Source: Octopus vulgaris
Taxonomy: Eukaryota
Assembly: GCA_951406725.2 (NCBI GenBank)
Contig: OX597824.1
Coordinates: 69,874,001 to 69,938,000 of the forward strand
DNA: 64,000 bases
Direction of reading: 5' to 3'
Made by a program: the position numbers and the translations under genes. The notes under the pieces are model-generated. The model was not told the DNA's origin, did not search any database, and saw nothing but the letters and a program-made list of their open reading frames with translations. Below are positions 27,286 through 41,175 of the stretch, in pieces. Positions within the stretch are counted from its first letter, which is position 1, and the number at the start of each line of letters is the position of its first letter.

Positions 27286-27530
27286 GGAACCTTGGATTTA
27301 GGTTAGAAACCGACTTCTCTATTGGCAAGAAATCTTGAAATAAAACTGAATGACATACATACATACATACATACATACATACATACATACATACATACAT
27401 ACATTTATATACAAGTTTAAGGATGTTAAGGTTTGAGGAGATTGTATTGATAGTAGTGAAATTATCGATAAATATCGCCAGAATATTGAAACTCAGTTGT
27501 ATATGCATCAGACATTGTATCCCTCTAGAT

Positions 27531-27791
27531 CAGAGGTTCTCAAATGGAGTCCATATGGCCCTTTGTGTTTTATATAAGATTTTGTTGTTAAAATTCATCT
27601 GCAACAGATTGGTTGCATTTCTACTATCCACAAAATATTCTAACAAATTTCTATTATACAATTCCAAATAGCATTTAATCATAAAAATATCATAGGTGTT
27701 TTTTTAACATCAATTGGATGTGACTGTGCACTCGAGTAAAATAGGAATCGAGGAGACTCCATAACTTAAAAAAAAAAGTTGAGAAACATTT
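27531..27791. mobile_element. hAT-Charlie-like MITE
   Basis: Termini CAGAGGTTCTCAA and TTGAGAAACATTT; 8-bp flanks CTCTAGAT (27523-30) and CTCCAGAT (27792-99), matching the NTCTAGAN target. Confidence 0.7.
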
Positions 27792-28378
27792 CTCCAGATG
27801 ATTATTTCCAAAAGGGTTCGTTTTGTTTCTCGACAAGTATTTTCAGTAGAAACCAAAAGGAGATAAGCTTAAATCAATGAAAATGACCAATGTCAACTGT
27901 AAACGTCATGTCCTGAATAAAACTGAATTGTGATCTGTAACCAAGACGAACAGTCTGTGCAGTTTCATAAAAATTGCTTATTCAATAGTAGAATGTAATG
28001 GCTAAAAAACTACAGGCTGCTGAGATTACTGAAATGGTAGAGTTTCCAGAGATGTTGTCACCTACAATTACATTTTCGAAGCAGTTATTGCCACTGATGA
28101 AAGATCGTATGTCGCATACAAACACACTGCGATCACCGAAGCATAGCTGTCCCATGCATCGAATATTGCGACCATCTGCTGCCTGATTGAAAATCAATTT
28201 TGAACAAATACATAAGAACAGAGCTGCTTTTGATAAGTCCTAGACCAAATTCTGTGCAAATTTAAACAAAACTGAGATCAGTGTAGACAACCGACAGTCA
28301 CAAATGGCGGATAATGCCCGCAGCATAAATGCATGTTGGAACAATTGAAGTGGTTGTCATCGAAATCGAATCCACAGC

Positions 28379-28433
<55 letters not shown>

Positions 28434-28794
28434 TGTGTGTGTGTGTGTGTGCGTACGTGTGTATGTGTGTGTTATGTATGTATAAATATGTAAATGTGTA
28501 TATCGGTGTAACTCATTTTTTGATGTTATTCGCTCTGTAAACATAGTCATTGTCATACATACACATATACACATAACCTTTATTCATAACCTCATTTATA
28601 TATACACTCACACACGCACGCATAATCACACGCACACACATTCACTCTCTCACACTCACTCACACACACACGCGCGCACACAATCGCGCGAGTATATGAA
28701 GGTACAGCAATAATATAGTTGAAGTATTGCTTATTGATAACTGGCAGATTAGAGCGTTGGAAGATGTTTGTTCTGATATTTCTGGATATCATAA

Positions 28795-31256
28795 CAATAG
28801 CAGGTAAGCTCTCCAGATATCAGAAAAGAATAGATCATTATCAACAGGATAGATTATTTGAGACAGGACAGAGGAGATTTTATAATCAAATAGAGGAGAA
28901 TAAAGTACTGAAGATGAGAAACTTAATGCAGAAGAAGCTAGAAGGTTCTGGTGTAATATTTGGGATAAACCAGTCAATCATAATGGATATGCAGTATGGT
29001 TAAAGAAAGTGAGGGAAAAAGTAGTGAGTGAGAAGCAGCTCTAAGATCTAAGATTAAATAGTGCATTAATGTGTAAGGTGTTAGGAAAATTTCCGAATTC
29101 CAAGGGACCGCGGCCAGATTTAGTTCAAGAGTATTGGCTAAAGAAATTTAATAGTTTACATGGGAGGCTGAGGGAGCAACTTCAAGATTGCTTTAATGGA
29201 GGAATAATACCAGATTGGATGACTAGAGGAGGACAATACTTATGAAGGATAAGAGCAAGAGTAATACAGCTAGCAACTATAGACCAATCACTTGTTTACC
29301 ATTAGTGTGGAAGCTGTTAACAGGAATGCTCGAAGAGCACCTTGCCAATCAGAATTTACTACCAGAAGAACAGAAAGTTTGCGAGAAGAAGGCTAGAGGA
29401 ACGCATGATCTATTATATAAAGGCAAAGCAGTTCTAAATCAACTAAAAACTAGAAAGAAAAAAATTAACAATGGCATGGATAGATTATAGAAAAGCCTAG
29501 GGCATGATCCCACACTCATGGACAAGTGTTTGAGTATGTTCAGTATAGCAAACAACATAAGAGAACTAATTAGCTTTAGCATGACGAAATGGAAAGTAGA
29601 TCTCTACTCAGGTGACACGCTCTTAGGGAAAGTTAATGTCAAAAGGGGAATTTTCCAAGAGGACTCATTGTCCCCCTTAATATTTGTCTTATGTTTGATC
29701 CTCCTCAGTTTAGTATCAAGGAAAGCAAATGCAGGTATCAGTTCAGAAACAGTAAGGGAAAAATTAACCATTTGCTCTACATGGATCATCTAAAGTTTTT
29801 TAGTAAGAATGAAAAAGAGATAGATTCCTTAATACAGACTGTAAGACTCTTCAGCAAAGATATAGGCATGGAATTTGGCATACGTAAGTGTGCAATATTA
29901 GTCATGAGAAGGGGACAGGTAATCAACAGCGAAGGCATCCAATTACCGGATGGGCAGACATTAAAATCATTGAAAGAAGAGAGTTATAAGTATTTAGGAG
30001 TATTAGAATCTGACAGAGTACTAACTACAAAGATGAAAACGAAAATTGAGAAGGATTACATCAGAAGGGTGAGGAAGATAATGAAGTCAAAGCTAAATGG
30101 ACCGAATCTAGTGAAGGCTGTAAATACTTGGGCAGTATCATTACTTAGATACTCAGCAGCTTTTGTAGATTGGACAAAAACTGAATTAGCAAAGCTAGAC
30201 AGAAGAACTAGGAAGGAATTCAACATGAATGGAGGACTCCACCCAAGGGCAGGAGTAGCAAGCTTATATCTACCTAGAAAGGAAGGTGGAAGTGGGTTAA
30301 TATCAGTAGAAGACTGCGTAGAGTTAGCTAGTGTAGATATAGACTCCTATATAAGTAATAGTGAAGAAAGCTTATTAAAAGCTGCTACAGTCATGGCAGG
30401 ACATAGGGAAACCAAAACACTGAAAAACCAGAAAAAATAACAGAAATTATCTGACTGGCAGGAGAAGACGTTGCATGGTAGATTCCCAAAGATAGTTTCA
30501 GAAAATAGTAGTAGTGAGACATGGTTATACCTGCAAAAAGGAATCTGAAGAAGGAGATAGAAAGTTTGTTAGTAGCTGCACAAGACCAAGCATTAAGGAC
30601 TAAATGGATAAAAGCCAAGATAGATAAAAGTCAAGTAGATTCCTAATGTAAACTATGCCAATCAAAAGAGGAAAGCGTTACTCATATTGTAAATGAATGT
30701 AGCATGCTGGCACAGAAAGAATACAAGAAAAGACATGACAATCTATGCAGAGCAATCCACTGGGAGCTTTGTAGAAAGCTAGGATTTGAACATACTGATA
30801 AATGGTATGAACATGAACCTAGTAAAGTACTAGAAAGTAGCAATACAAGATGTTGTGGGACTTTAACATTCAGACTGACAGAGTAATAGAAGCTAGAAGG
30901 CATGATTCGGTAGCAGTAAATAAAGAGAATAGAAAGTGCTACATAATTGATGTCCCAAATGATGAAAAAATTAATAAGAGATGTATAGAAAAAATAGCAA
31001 AGTACCAGGACCTAGCTATTGAATTACAGAGACTATGGAAAGTGCGGGTAAAATGTATCCAAGTAGTTGAGGTACATGGGGAACTATCCCTAAAGATCTG
31101 AACAGATGGATAGGGGAAATTGGCATAAAACCCAGTTTAGTAAAGCTGCAGAAAACAATGTTATTAGGGACAGCTAGGGTTCTTGGTATCTAAGGTTATT
31201 TGTTGTAACACAATGTTAGGATTGTTTTCATTTCCAACAGTCTAATCTATTGAGTG

Positions 31257-31258
<2 letters not shown>
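28795..31258 (+). mobile_element. R4/Dong-type LINE with RT, zinc knuckle and RLE, 5'-truncated pseudogene
   Basis: NYRPITCLP, RGIFQEDSLSPL, INHLLYMDHLK, YKYLG, LYLPRKEGG, EYKKRHD, LWDFNIQTD and EKIAKYQDL across several frames; ends in (TAA)n. Confidence 0.93.
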
Positions 31259-31321
<63 letters not shown>

Positions 31322-31349
31322 CAACAACAACAACAACAATAACAATAAT

Positions 31350-31731
31350 AATAATCCTTTCTACTATAAGGACAAGGCCTGAAATTTGATGGGGGGAGCC
31401 GGTCAATTAGATAGACCCCAGTACGCAACTGGTATTTAATTTATCGACCCCGAAAGGATGGAAGGCAAAGTCGACCTCGGTGGTATTTGAACTCAGAACG
31501 TAGCGGGAGGCGAAATACCTATTTCTTTACTACCCACAAGGAGCTAAACATAGAGAGGACAAACAAGGACAGACAAACGGATTAAGCCGATTATATCGAC
31601 CTTAGTGTGTAACTGGTACTTAATATATCGACCCCGAAAGGATGAAAGGCAAAGTCGACCTCGGTGGTATTTGAACTCGGAACGTAGCGACATTTCGTCT
31701 GGCGCGCAAACGATTCTGCCACCCCACCGCC

Positions 31732-31732
<1 letters not shown>
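31350..31732 (-). mobile_element. Dimeric or nested SINE family C
   Basis: Two successive cores; the first ends ..gtagtaaagaaata and continues directly into ggtatttcg.. of the second. Confidence 0.85.
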
Positions 31733-31790
<58 letters not shown>

Positions 31791-32491
31791 CATAATAATA
31801 ATAATAATAATAATAATAATCCACACAAACAAGTAGAAACATTAATGATATCTGGAAGAATAAGAACGCCGTCGACATTAACAGCAAGAACAACAACAAC
31901 AACAGTGCCACGAATAACAATTATAACAGCAACAACAACATCTCATTGGTAGATATCAATATAATATTGATAGATGAGGAGAGGCTGCTGGAAGGAGAAA
32001 AAAAATGTACTTATTATGGTCTTTAAGTAAACAAAGACATTTTGTTGGATGCTAGGCGGTGGTGGGCTCGGGTGGGATGGTAACGAGGGGCGTCTTTCTA
32101 GGAAGAAATACGTTAAAGAGCTAAAGAGATAAACATCTAGGGAGAAGAGAAGGGGAAAAGACAGAAGGGGGGGGGGAAGAGAAAAAGATGAGGATGCAGA
32201 GAAAGATGAAAGGTGAAACGGACCGATGTAGAGTGAAAGAATATAGATGAAATATATAGATCATATATATAGATGGTTGCGTGTGTGTGTGTGTGTGTGT
32301 GTGTGTTTGCATGTGTGTGTGTGTGTGTGTGTGTTATTCTAAATGGCTCATGGCGAGAAAGAATTGCGTAGGAGATATGAAAGCTTAAAAAAAAATATAA
32401 CCCGTTATTGTATAAAAAGATGACGGAATATTGCATTGAAAGAACTAGGAAGTAAGTATGGCGACGCGAATGAGTGTGTATGAATGCATAT

Positions 32492-32539
<48 letters not shown>

Positions 32540-32541
32540 AT

Positions 32542-32605
<64 letters not shown>

Positions 32606-32705
32606 ATTATACACAAACACACACGTAGCTATTATTATTGTTATACGCGCACACACATACATAAGTAGCTGTATATATGTATATATATATGGGTATATAT
32701 GGGTA

Positions 32706-32740
<35 letters not shown>

Positions 32741-32934
32741 CAAAATATTTACCGCGAGCAATACATTTCTTAGCTTTGCATTATTGTGGGTGTTAAATAT
32801 AGAACATAGAATATAATTCTACATTCCCACTCTTCCCCCCACCAGCGATTATATATGTATATACATTCGTACATACATATATACATACATACATACATCC
32901 GCATGTATATCTATATTTATACACATATATATAT

Positions 32935-33024
<90 letters not shown>

Positions 33025-33051
33025 GTATGTATCGAAACATATATATGTGTG

Positions 33052-33090
<39 letters not shown>

Positions 33091-33103
33091 CGAAACATAT
33101 ATA

Positions 33104-33193
<90 letters not shown>

Positions 33194-33579
33194 AATATAT
33201 ATACATACATATATATATATTATGTTCAAGATAAAGGAGGGATGAAAGCTGGGAGAGGAGGGGAGAAAGGAAGGAGAAGAAAAAAGAATATAAGGAAATC
33301 TATAAATTACATAAAAGGAATATTAATAAAGATATAATGGCAATTATTCATTGTTAGTCGGACCATTCCACTCATCCCACACCTCCAACCTCTCCTCCGC
33401 CTCCTCTCTCTCCCTCTCTTTTTCGTATTTGCTGTTTCTGCTTTTATTTATCATTAATATTATTATTATTATTATTATTCATATTATTGATTGTATTATT
33501 ATCGCCGTCGTCATTCTCAGGATTGTGATGGTGGAGGTGGTGATGATCCTCCTCCTTTTCATCTTGCTTCCCCTTCTCG

Positions 33580-34095
<516 letters not shown>

Positions 34096-34210
34096 TCTTT
34101 TCGGTTTATTCATTCTATCCTTTACTTATTTGCTTTATTTTCGTAGTATGTTGATGGTATTAATAGCTTTGTTGCTTTCGTTTGTTTAACACACGCATGC
34201 ACACAGACAT

Positions 34211-34267
<57 letters not shown>

Positions 34268-34326
34268 TGTATATATATTATATATATGTACGTATATATG
34301 TATGTATGTCTATATATATGTATATA

Positions 34327-34376
<50 letters not shown>

Positions 34377-34412
34377 TATATATATATATACATACATATA
34401 TATATATGTATG

Positions 34413-34457
<45 letters not shown>

Positions 34458-34527
34458 GCATATATATGCATATATATATATATACATATATATGTATACA
34501 TATATATGTATAAATATATATATATAT

Positions 34528-34588
<61 letters not shown>

Positions 34589-34840
34589 AATCACACACAC
34601 TCACATACATACGCACTCAAATTGATATTCGAACAAAATGAATGAGTTGTACGCCCTTTGCTCTTTTTGTTGTTGTTGTTGTTTCGCTGAACATTATAAG
34701 ATCGTTGTGTTCGGTTCTTTAAACGTCTCTGTTTGTTTATGTCTTTTAATCTAAGCAAAGAATCTTCCACAATGAAATCCAAAGTATCCAAATGGTAAAA
34801 TGGTAAATGGGGAAGAGAATAATAATGATAATAATGTCAT

Positions 34841-34927
<87 letters not shown>

Positions 34928-34937
34928 GCGTGTGCGT

Positions 34938-35016
<79 letters not shown>

Positions 35017-35440
35017 TGTAAAAAAAAAATTCAAAAGCAACATCAAAAATAACGGAAAATAGACGAACATCAAGAGCAGCAGCAACAACAACAACAACAA
35101 CAATTAAATAATAAGAAACGGTATCTCGTAAAAATAATAATTTACCATACACGCACACAGTCACACATACACACTCATGCACACACACGCACATGCACAC
35201 ACACGCGCGCGTGCACTCGTAAATATACGTATGTATATATGTATGCATGTACGTATATGTGTTGTACGAGTGTATGTATGGATATATATTTGGACAAGTA
35301 TATGCCTATATATATATATATATATATAACATATGTATATATATGTGCACGCGTGTTCATATACATGTTCCCACATATGTATATGAACGTGTGTGACAGT
35401 ATGCATATACGTACGATATATATATATACACATATGTATG

Positions 35441-35477
<37 letters not shown>

Positions 35478-35492
35478 ACATACGTATGTACG

Positions 35493-35526
<34 letters not shown>

Positions 35527-35640
35527 AGAGGTACTCTTTTTCTCTTGTAATTATTATTGACTTTATTTTATTGTTGATATTAAAAAAATTCGCCTTGTTA
35601 TTACTATCATTATAGGAAATAAAGATGCTGCTGCTGCTGC

Positions 35641-35676
<36 letters not shown>

Positions 35677-36959
35677 CTTTATTCAATTTGGCCTCTACAG
35701 TCGTTCTTTATATCGCACCAAGTTCGCTGAATGAGATTTTGTTCTCTCTTGATTTATTTCACAAAAATTCGTTTTGGGATCGCGTAGACATGTATTCCCA
35801 CTTCCTGAGGTAGGCAAAATAAATCTGTGCTTTTCATGTATTTAGCATCTTTTTTTCTTTTAGTATTTACTTTCATTTTGATATAGCTTCCAGTTCTAGA
35901 GAAGCAGTAAACACTCCCGAGAAAACTTAAGTTGAATTTTAAAATATGGAGTACAAGTCGATGACAAGATAAACTAAATGTACAGATAGCCATCCATACT
36001 TTGTTGTCAAGCCGAAAATATAATAAGACTTAAATAAATGGAAATATTAATTTACGCACTGAACAGACAATAAAAGTACGGACTCTAGTTGATTTTGGTT
36101 AACAACGCCAACCAAAGTAATAGTTTTTCCTGGAATAGTGTTGCTAACCAAAGAGAATTGTCATTGATTGCTAAACTATCGTTGTTTTCGAAAAAAGAAG
36201 ACAACGTGGCAGTGGTACGTCACTAACATAAGTGCCTCTTTGCTTAAACGATTTATGCAAGGGCAGACAAAAAGGAATGTAAGTCACCTCTGCTTAACAG
36301 AGTAATGAGGGATTGGCTCAAATTGCACCCTGAGAACAACTGAAAGAGACTCTGATGTTTTCTGTATCAGGGCAAAGTGTATAAGAGATTGCGCCAGTGT
36401 TTCAAAACTGATGAGAAGAGAGGGAAATAAGGATAGCTGGATCTTAAATATCAGCACATAAACTGCTGCTCCGATTGTGGATTCTCGTAGCATAACACAA
36501 CATAGGACAATGTGTTGTAGATCCTCGGTATGTTACCACCTGTGAGGCACAAAATGTGCAGTTGGTGAGTGATAGGTTGACACGCAATGACATGCTCTGT
36601 ATGAGTCTACAAGTATATGCAAGTTGTGATAACCTGAAAGACCATGGAACAATCTAAGAACAGCACCTCACTGTGAGCGCAAATAAAAAGGCGTAAAATT
36701 AATGGAGCAGATATACGTGTTGTACGTGTGGCGGTAAAAGCCACTTGAGAGCATTCTTTTATGAGGTACTGGAACAGCAAGGAAAAGAGAACGACTAGCA
36801 ACAGAAAAAGACAGCCACAACAATAGAAACTGTTGTTCAGGGAGCAACAATTCTTGCAGCGTGGGAAATATCGAAAAACTTGCTTATATTTAATGCCAAT
36901 TGCCGACGAGTAGAAAACCGAGAGGCCCTTCATAGATATACTTTTTTCGTAGAAAAACC

Positions 36960-37799
36960 GCAGAGTAGAATGAACGTAGCATTATTTGGCGAATGGGTAA
37001 GATAGAAAGCTGGAGGAGAGGAAACAAGATGCAGTTGAGAGTGGGTCGTGTGAGAGGAGAGAAAGAATGGTGGTGCGACCAATTTCTCGAGAATAGTTTA
37101 GGAGGCTTTGGACATGGGTGGTGAGGAGTTCACGACAATTGAAGAGACGGGTCACGTATTTAGGGTGCGTTGCAAAATCTTGGTTGCGGCTACACGGACG
37201 GCGAAGACGGAGGAAGTGGGAGTAACGGATGGTGTATATGGGGTGGGAGAGGTGGGAGGAGGAAAATTGAGGTAGAAATGAGAGTCGGTAGATATAAAGA
37301 AGGCAGAAATGGTAACAATGATTGAGATTGGCGGTGAGCTGGCAGAGGCGGCGAGCTGGCAGAGGCGGCGAGCTGGCAGAGGCGGCGAGCTGGCAGAATC
37401 GTTAGCAGACCGGGCGAAATGCTTAGCGGTATTTCGTCTGCGTTACGTTGTGAGTTCAAATTCCGCCGAGGTCGACTTTGCATTTCATCCTTTCGGGGTC
37501 GATAAATTAAGCAACAGTTACGCATTGGGATCGATGTAAACGACTTAATACCTACGTCTGTCCTTGTTTGTCCCCTCTGTGTTTAGCCCCTTGTGGGTAA
37601 TAAAGAAATAGGTAACAATGATTGAGATGGTTAAGAGAAATAGAGCTAACTTTAAAGTTAACAGGGTTATCAGTGATGACAAAAGCAAATTCAAAAGAAG
37701 GGTGAAAAAAGAAAACAAAAGAGATGAAGTTATTCAGTTGCTCATGGGAGAGGAAGCTTGTGCGATACAATTATCTATGTAACAACCGCATAGCTCTGG
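36960..37799 (-). pseudogene. Penelope-like element reverse transcriptase relic, interrupted by a SINE
   Basis: In order on the minus strand: PELCGCYIDNCI (YIDD-like), LSHEQLNNFISFVFFFHPSFEF, STDSHFYLNF and IRYSHFLRLRRPCSRNQDF. These match the PLE RT and thumb motifs RYIDD, FHPALKFT, PTDSHSYL and YSQFLRLRRICS. Confidence 0.8.
37329..37610 (+). mobile_element. SINE family C with quadruplicated 17-bp head and 18-bp TSD
   Basis: GGCGGCGAGCTGGCAGA x4 at 37330-37397; GGTAACAATGATTGAGAT at 37311-37328 and 37611-37628. Confidence 0.9.
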
Positions 37800-38233
37800 T
37801 GGTGGTGGTGGTGGTGGGGGCTGTCCGGTGAGCTCAGAGTAGATTTATAATGTGATGCCAAACTTCTTTAATACGTTCACCGGACTTGTACATATTGATG
37901 ACATTTTGCATATATCGCCAGCAAATTATGATTATTATGTAACTCTTGGCTACCTGAAACAGCTGTTGAGATAAGACATTACAAATTTTCTTTATTCTGT
38001 ATTTTTGTTGCTCCATGTAAATATAATATTGAACCTAATTGTGTTTATCTATCTTACCACCTCCATATCAGCGCTATTTGTATTTCTATAATAGTCTGTG
38101 TTGAAGCCGTGAGCCTTTCTCTGGGTGAGAAAGTCGAAATTTAAGTACTAATTCATTCGAGTACTTCTATGTATTTTTAATACTGAGCTTATTTAGCTTT
38201 CCCTTCCTGATTGTATTAATGTATGTATGTATG

Positions 38234-38267
<34 letters not shown>

Positions 38268-38452
38268 TGTATGTATGTATGTATGTATGTATGTATGTAT
38301 GCATGTATACATATATATGTGTGGTTGTGTGAATGTATCATATGTATATATCTATTTTGAGCCTATATATACATATATATGTGTATGTGGGTATGTACGT
38401 GTTTATATGGATATGTAAGTATTAGTATATGTATTTATAAATATATATATAA

Positions 38453-38613
38453 GTGCAGGAGTGGCTGTGTGGTAAGTAGCTTGTTTACCAACCACATGGT
38501 TCCGGAGTCAGTTCCACTGCGTGGCACCTTCGGCAAGTGTGTTTTACTATAGCCTTGGGCCGACCAAAGTCTTGTGAGTGGATTTGGTAGACCGAAACTG
38601 AAAGAAGCCCGTC

Positions 38614-38652
<39 letters not shown>

Positions 38653-38870
38653 TATATATTATATATTATATATATGTTTGTGTGTCTGTGTTTGTCCCCC
38701 CAACATCGCTTGACAACCGATGCTGGTGTGTTTACGACCCCGTAACTTAGCGGTCTCGGCAAGAGAGACATATAGAATAAGTACTAGGCTTACAAAGAAT
38801 AAGTCGTGGGATCGATTTGCTCAGCATGCCCGCAGTCAAATGACTGAAAGAAATAAAAGCAAAAGAAAAT
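38453..38870 (+). mobile_element. SINE family B, near full length
   Basis: tRNA-like head TGGCTGTGTGG..GAGTCAGTTCC, CORE-like caccttcggcaagtg, internal (TA)n and the conserved tail. Confidence 0.88.
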
Positions 38871-38949
38871 ATGTATATATGTATGTATATCGCCTGTACA
38901 AACATGACAAATAATCCGAGAACATAATATATAAAGTAAAGTTTATTCT

Positions 38950-39380
38950 AGTATGGTGAACGAGATCCAAAGAACTGAAGACAGATCCCTTCTCTACAGC
39001 TAAGCCCTCATCGACTTTTTCGAGTTCCATTTCAAAAGGGAAGTGAGGGTGGGGAAGGAAGTTCTGTCCCCACTTCCAGTAAATTTGTTGAAAAGTAGAT
39101 GAATGTGACGATGATGGGCCCTTGTGAACCGGAGGAGTTGAGACAAAGAGAGAGAGAGACGTCTGATGAGGTGCACCAGGCGGTCGGGTTAACCAGGATG
39201 TGTGGGGTTCCCTGGTTGTCTCTGTGAGGTGGAACTCACCACCCTTTTTGGAATTTTTATTAATTGTTTTGTTAATTGTATACTTATTGCATTCACGACA
39301 TTGTTCAACATCCCACTTTTCCCTATGTTATTGCACAGTCCCTATTAGTTTTGTGTTTGGCCCTTGTGGCCAATAAAAGA

Positions 39381-39382
<2 letters not shown>
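38950..39382 (+). mobile_element. Decayed L1/Tx1-like 3' fragment ending at (ATT)n
   Basis: Disrupted VW*TR..ALIDFFEFHFKREVRV..FVEK*MNV, then a T-rich UTR and GGCCAATAAAAGAA tail. The family call is from resemblance only. Confidence 0.45.
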
Positions 39383-39455
<73 letters not shown>

Positions 39456-39520
39456 TACTACTACTAATACTTCTACTTTATTATTATCATTATTGCTATT
39501 ATTATTATTATCATTATTGC

Positions 39521-39557
<37 letters not shown>

Positions 39558-39559
39558 GC

Positions 39560-39598
<39 letters not shown>

Positions 39599-39683
39599 TA
39601 CTACTACTTTATTATTATCATTATTGCTATTATTATTATTATTATTATCATTATTGCTATTATTATTATTATTATTATTATTA

Positions 39684-39729
<46 letters not shown>

Positions 39730-40391
39730 TGTGGTTACACGGAATTTTTAAAGTGTGTGTGCGCATGTGCGCGCAGGCATTCTTCTGTGTGTGTGTGTGT
39801 GTGTGCAAGCGTATCTGCTCGTCTTCTTGGGGAGACAAGGAGGTGTGTTTCATTGCTAATGAGTCACGGTGTGGTGCCTACGAGACTGGTTCAAATTTAG
39901 CGTCACCCCCGCCTAGGTGACTGCGCATCGCTCTTCTGCGTCAAGTGATTCAATTAATCAAGGTGTCACCGTGTGTGGTGGGTAGGAAGTAGGGTTTCAT
40001 TAGTGAAGGTGTCTCTGTTTAGGTTGCGTCTCCACACCTCCACCATGACCAACACTCAGACGCGTGGACAGATGTCATTGCCATTATTATTTTTGCCGTT
40101 GTTGTGTTGTGGAGAGTATTGTTGTTGTAGCTGATATCAATTGTAATGAAAGTGGTGAAGATGGTATGGGTAGTGGTATAGTCGGTATTGGATGAGGTTG
40201 GAGAGGTGTAGTTGGTGGTGTGTCGGCGGTGATGGTGGTAGGGGGTGGCAGTGGTCGTACTTGCGGTGGTAGTGATTGTAGAGGAAGTGACTGTAATAGT
40301 AGTAGTCGTGGTGGTGGTAGTGGTGGTGGTGGTAGTGGTGGTGGCGGCGCGGCGGCGGCAGTAATAGTAGGGAGCGATATTAGTGGCCTTA

Positions 40392-40600
40392 AAGGTGAGG
40401 AGCTGGCAGAATTGTTAAGCTCGCCGGGTAAAATGCTCAGCGGCATTTCGTCCGTCTTCACGTTCAAATTCCGCCGAGAACGACTTTACCTTGCATCCCT
40501 TTTCGGGGTCGATTAAATAAGTACCAGTTGAGCACCGGGGTCAATACAGTCGACTTACCGCCTCCTCGATATTGCAGGCCTTGTGCCAAAATTTGAAACT
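40392..40600 (+). mobile_element. SINE family C, diverged
   Basis: gagctggcagaattgttaag..ttcggggtcgattaaataagtaccag. Confidence 0.8.
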
Positions 40601-41175
40601 GATATAACTGGTCATTGGTTTGTTGCTTGTAGTTCTTGCTGCTGTTGTACGAGAAAGGTCAGTGTTATACTAGTTCTACAACACAGCCCAACCCTGATTA
40701 AATAGACTCGAGGTACAGTGATGTTCAGTGAAACGACTGGACTTGAACTTACAAACCTAGCACTTCGGGTGCATCATATCTCCATTAGGTCACAATGACA
40801 CTGCGCACTGACTCTGATATATGCAACATAAGGGAAGAGTGCAGGATATTTGCTTTCAGCATGTTGCATATTTATGACTGTCTACTCGGGTCTATAATCT
40901 CCTATAAATTACGTTGTTTGATCACAGCGGAGTGCAGCGAGGTGGTCACGGTCAGAGGGGAACAGGTGGTGTGCTTTTAGCTTTTGTTATTGATATTCTG
41001 CGATCCAGTGCACATCGGGTGACTAATATTAGTTTTAGTCCTGATGTTGTTATTTATTTTCTTTTGGAGGGAGATATACGTATATATATATATCTATTTA
41101 TATTCTTTTATTCTTTTATTCTTTTATATGTTTCAGTCTAGTGACCGTGGTCATGCTGGAGCACCGCTATTGGGA

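Noticed and set aside
36280-36950. Possible decayed LINE C-terminal zinc knuckle on minus (CTFC..EDLQHIVLC)
   Set aside because: Requires frameshifts and is too degenerate to support by eye.
37330-37397. Short direct-repeat array as a CRISPR candidate
   Set aside because: No spacers, no cas genes, eukaryotic context; it is a SINE head duplication.
39163-39200. CTGATGA matches here and at 36408 and 28093
   Set aside because: No stem II followed by GAAA and helix III; treated as chance heptamers.
41000-41033. Helitron-like 3' hairpin and end
   Set aside because: The hairpin is imperfect and the CTRR terminus is absent.
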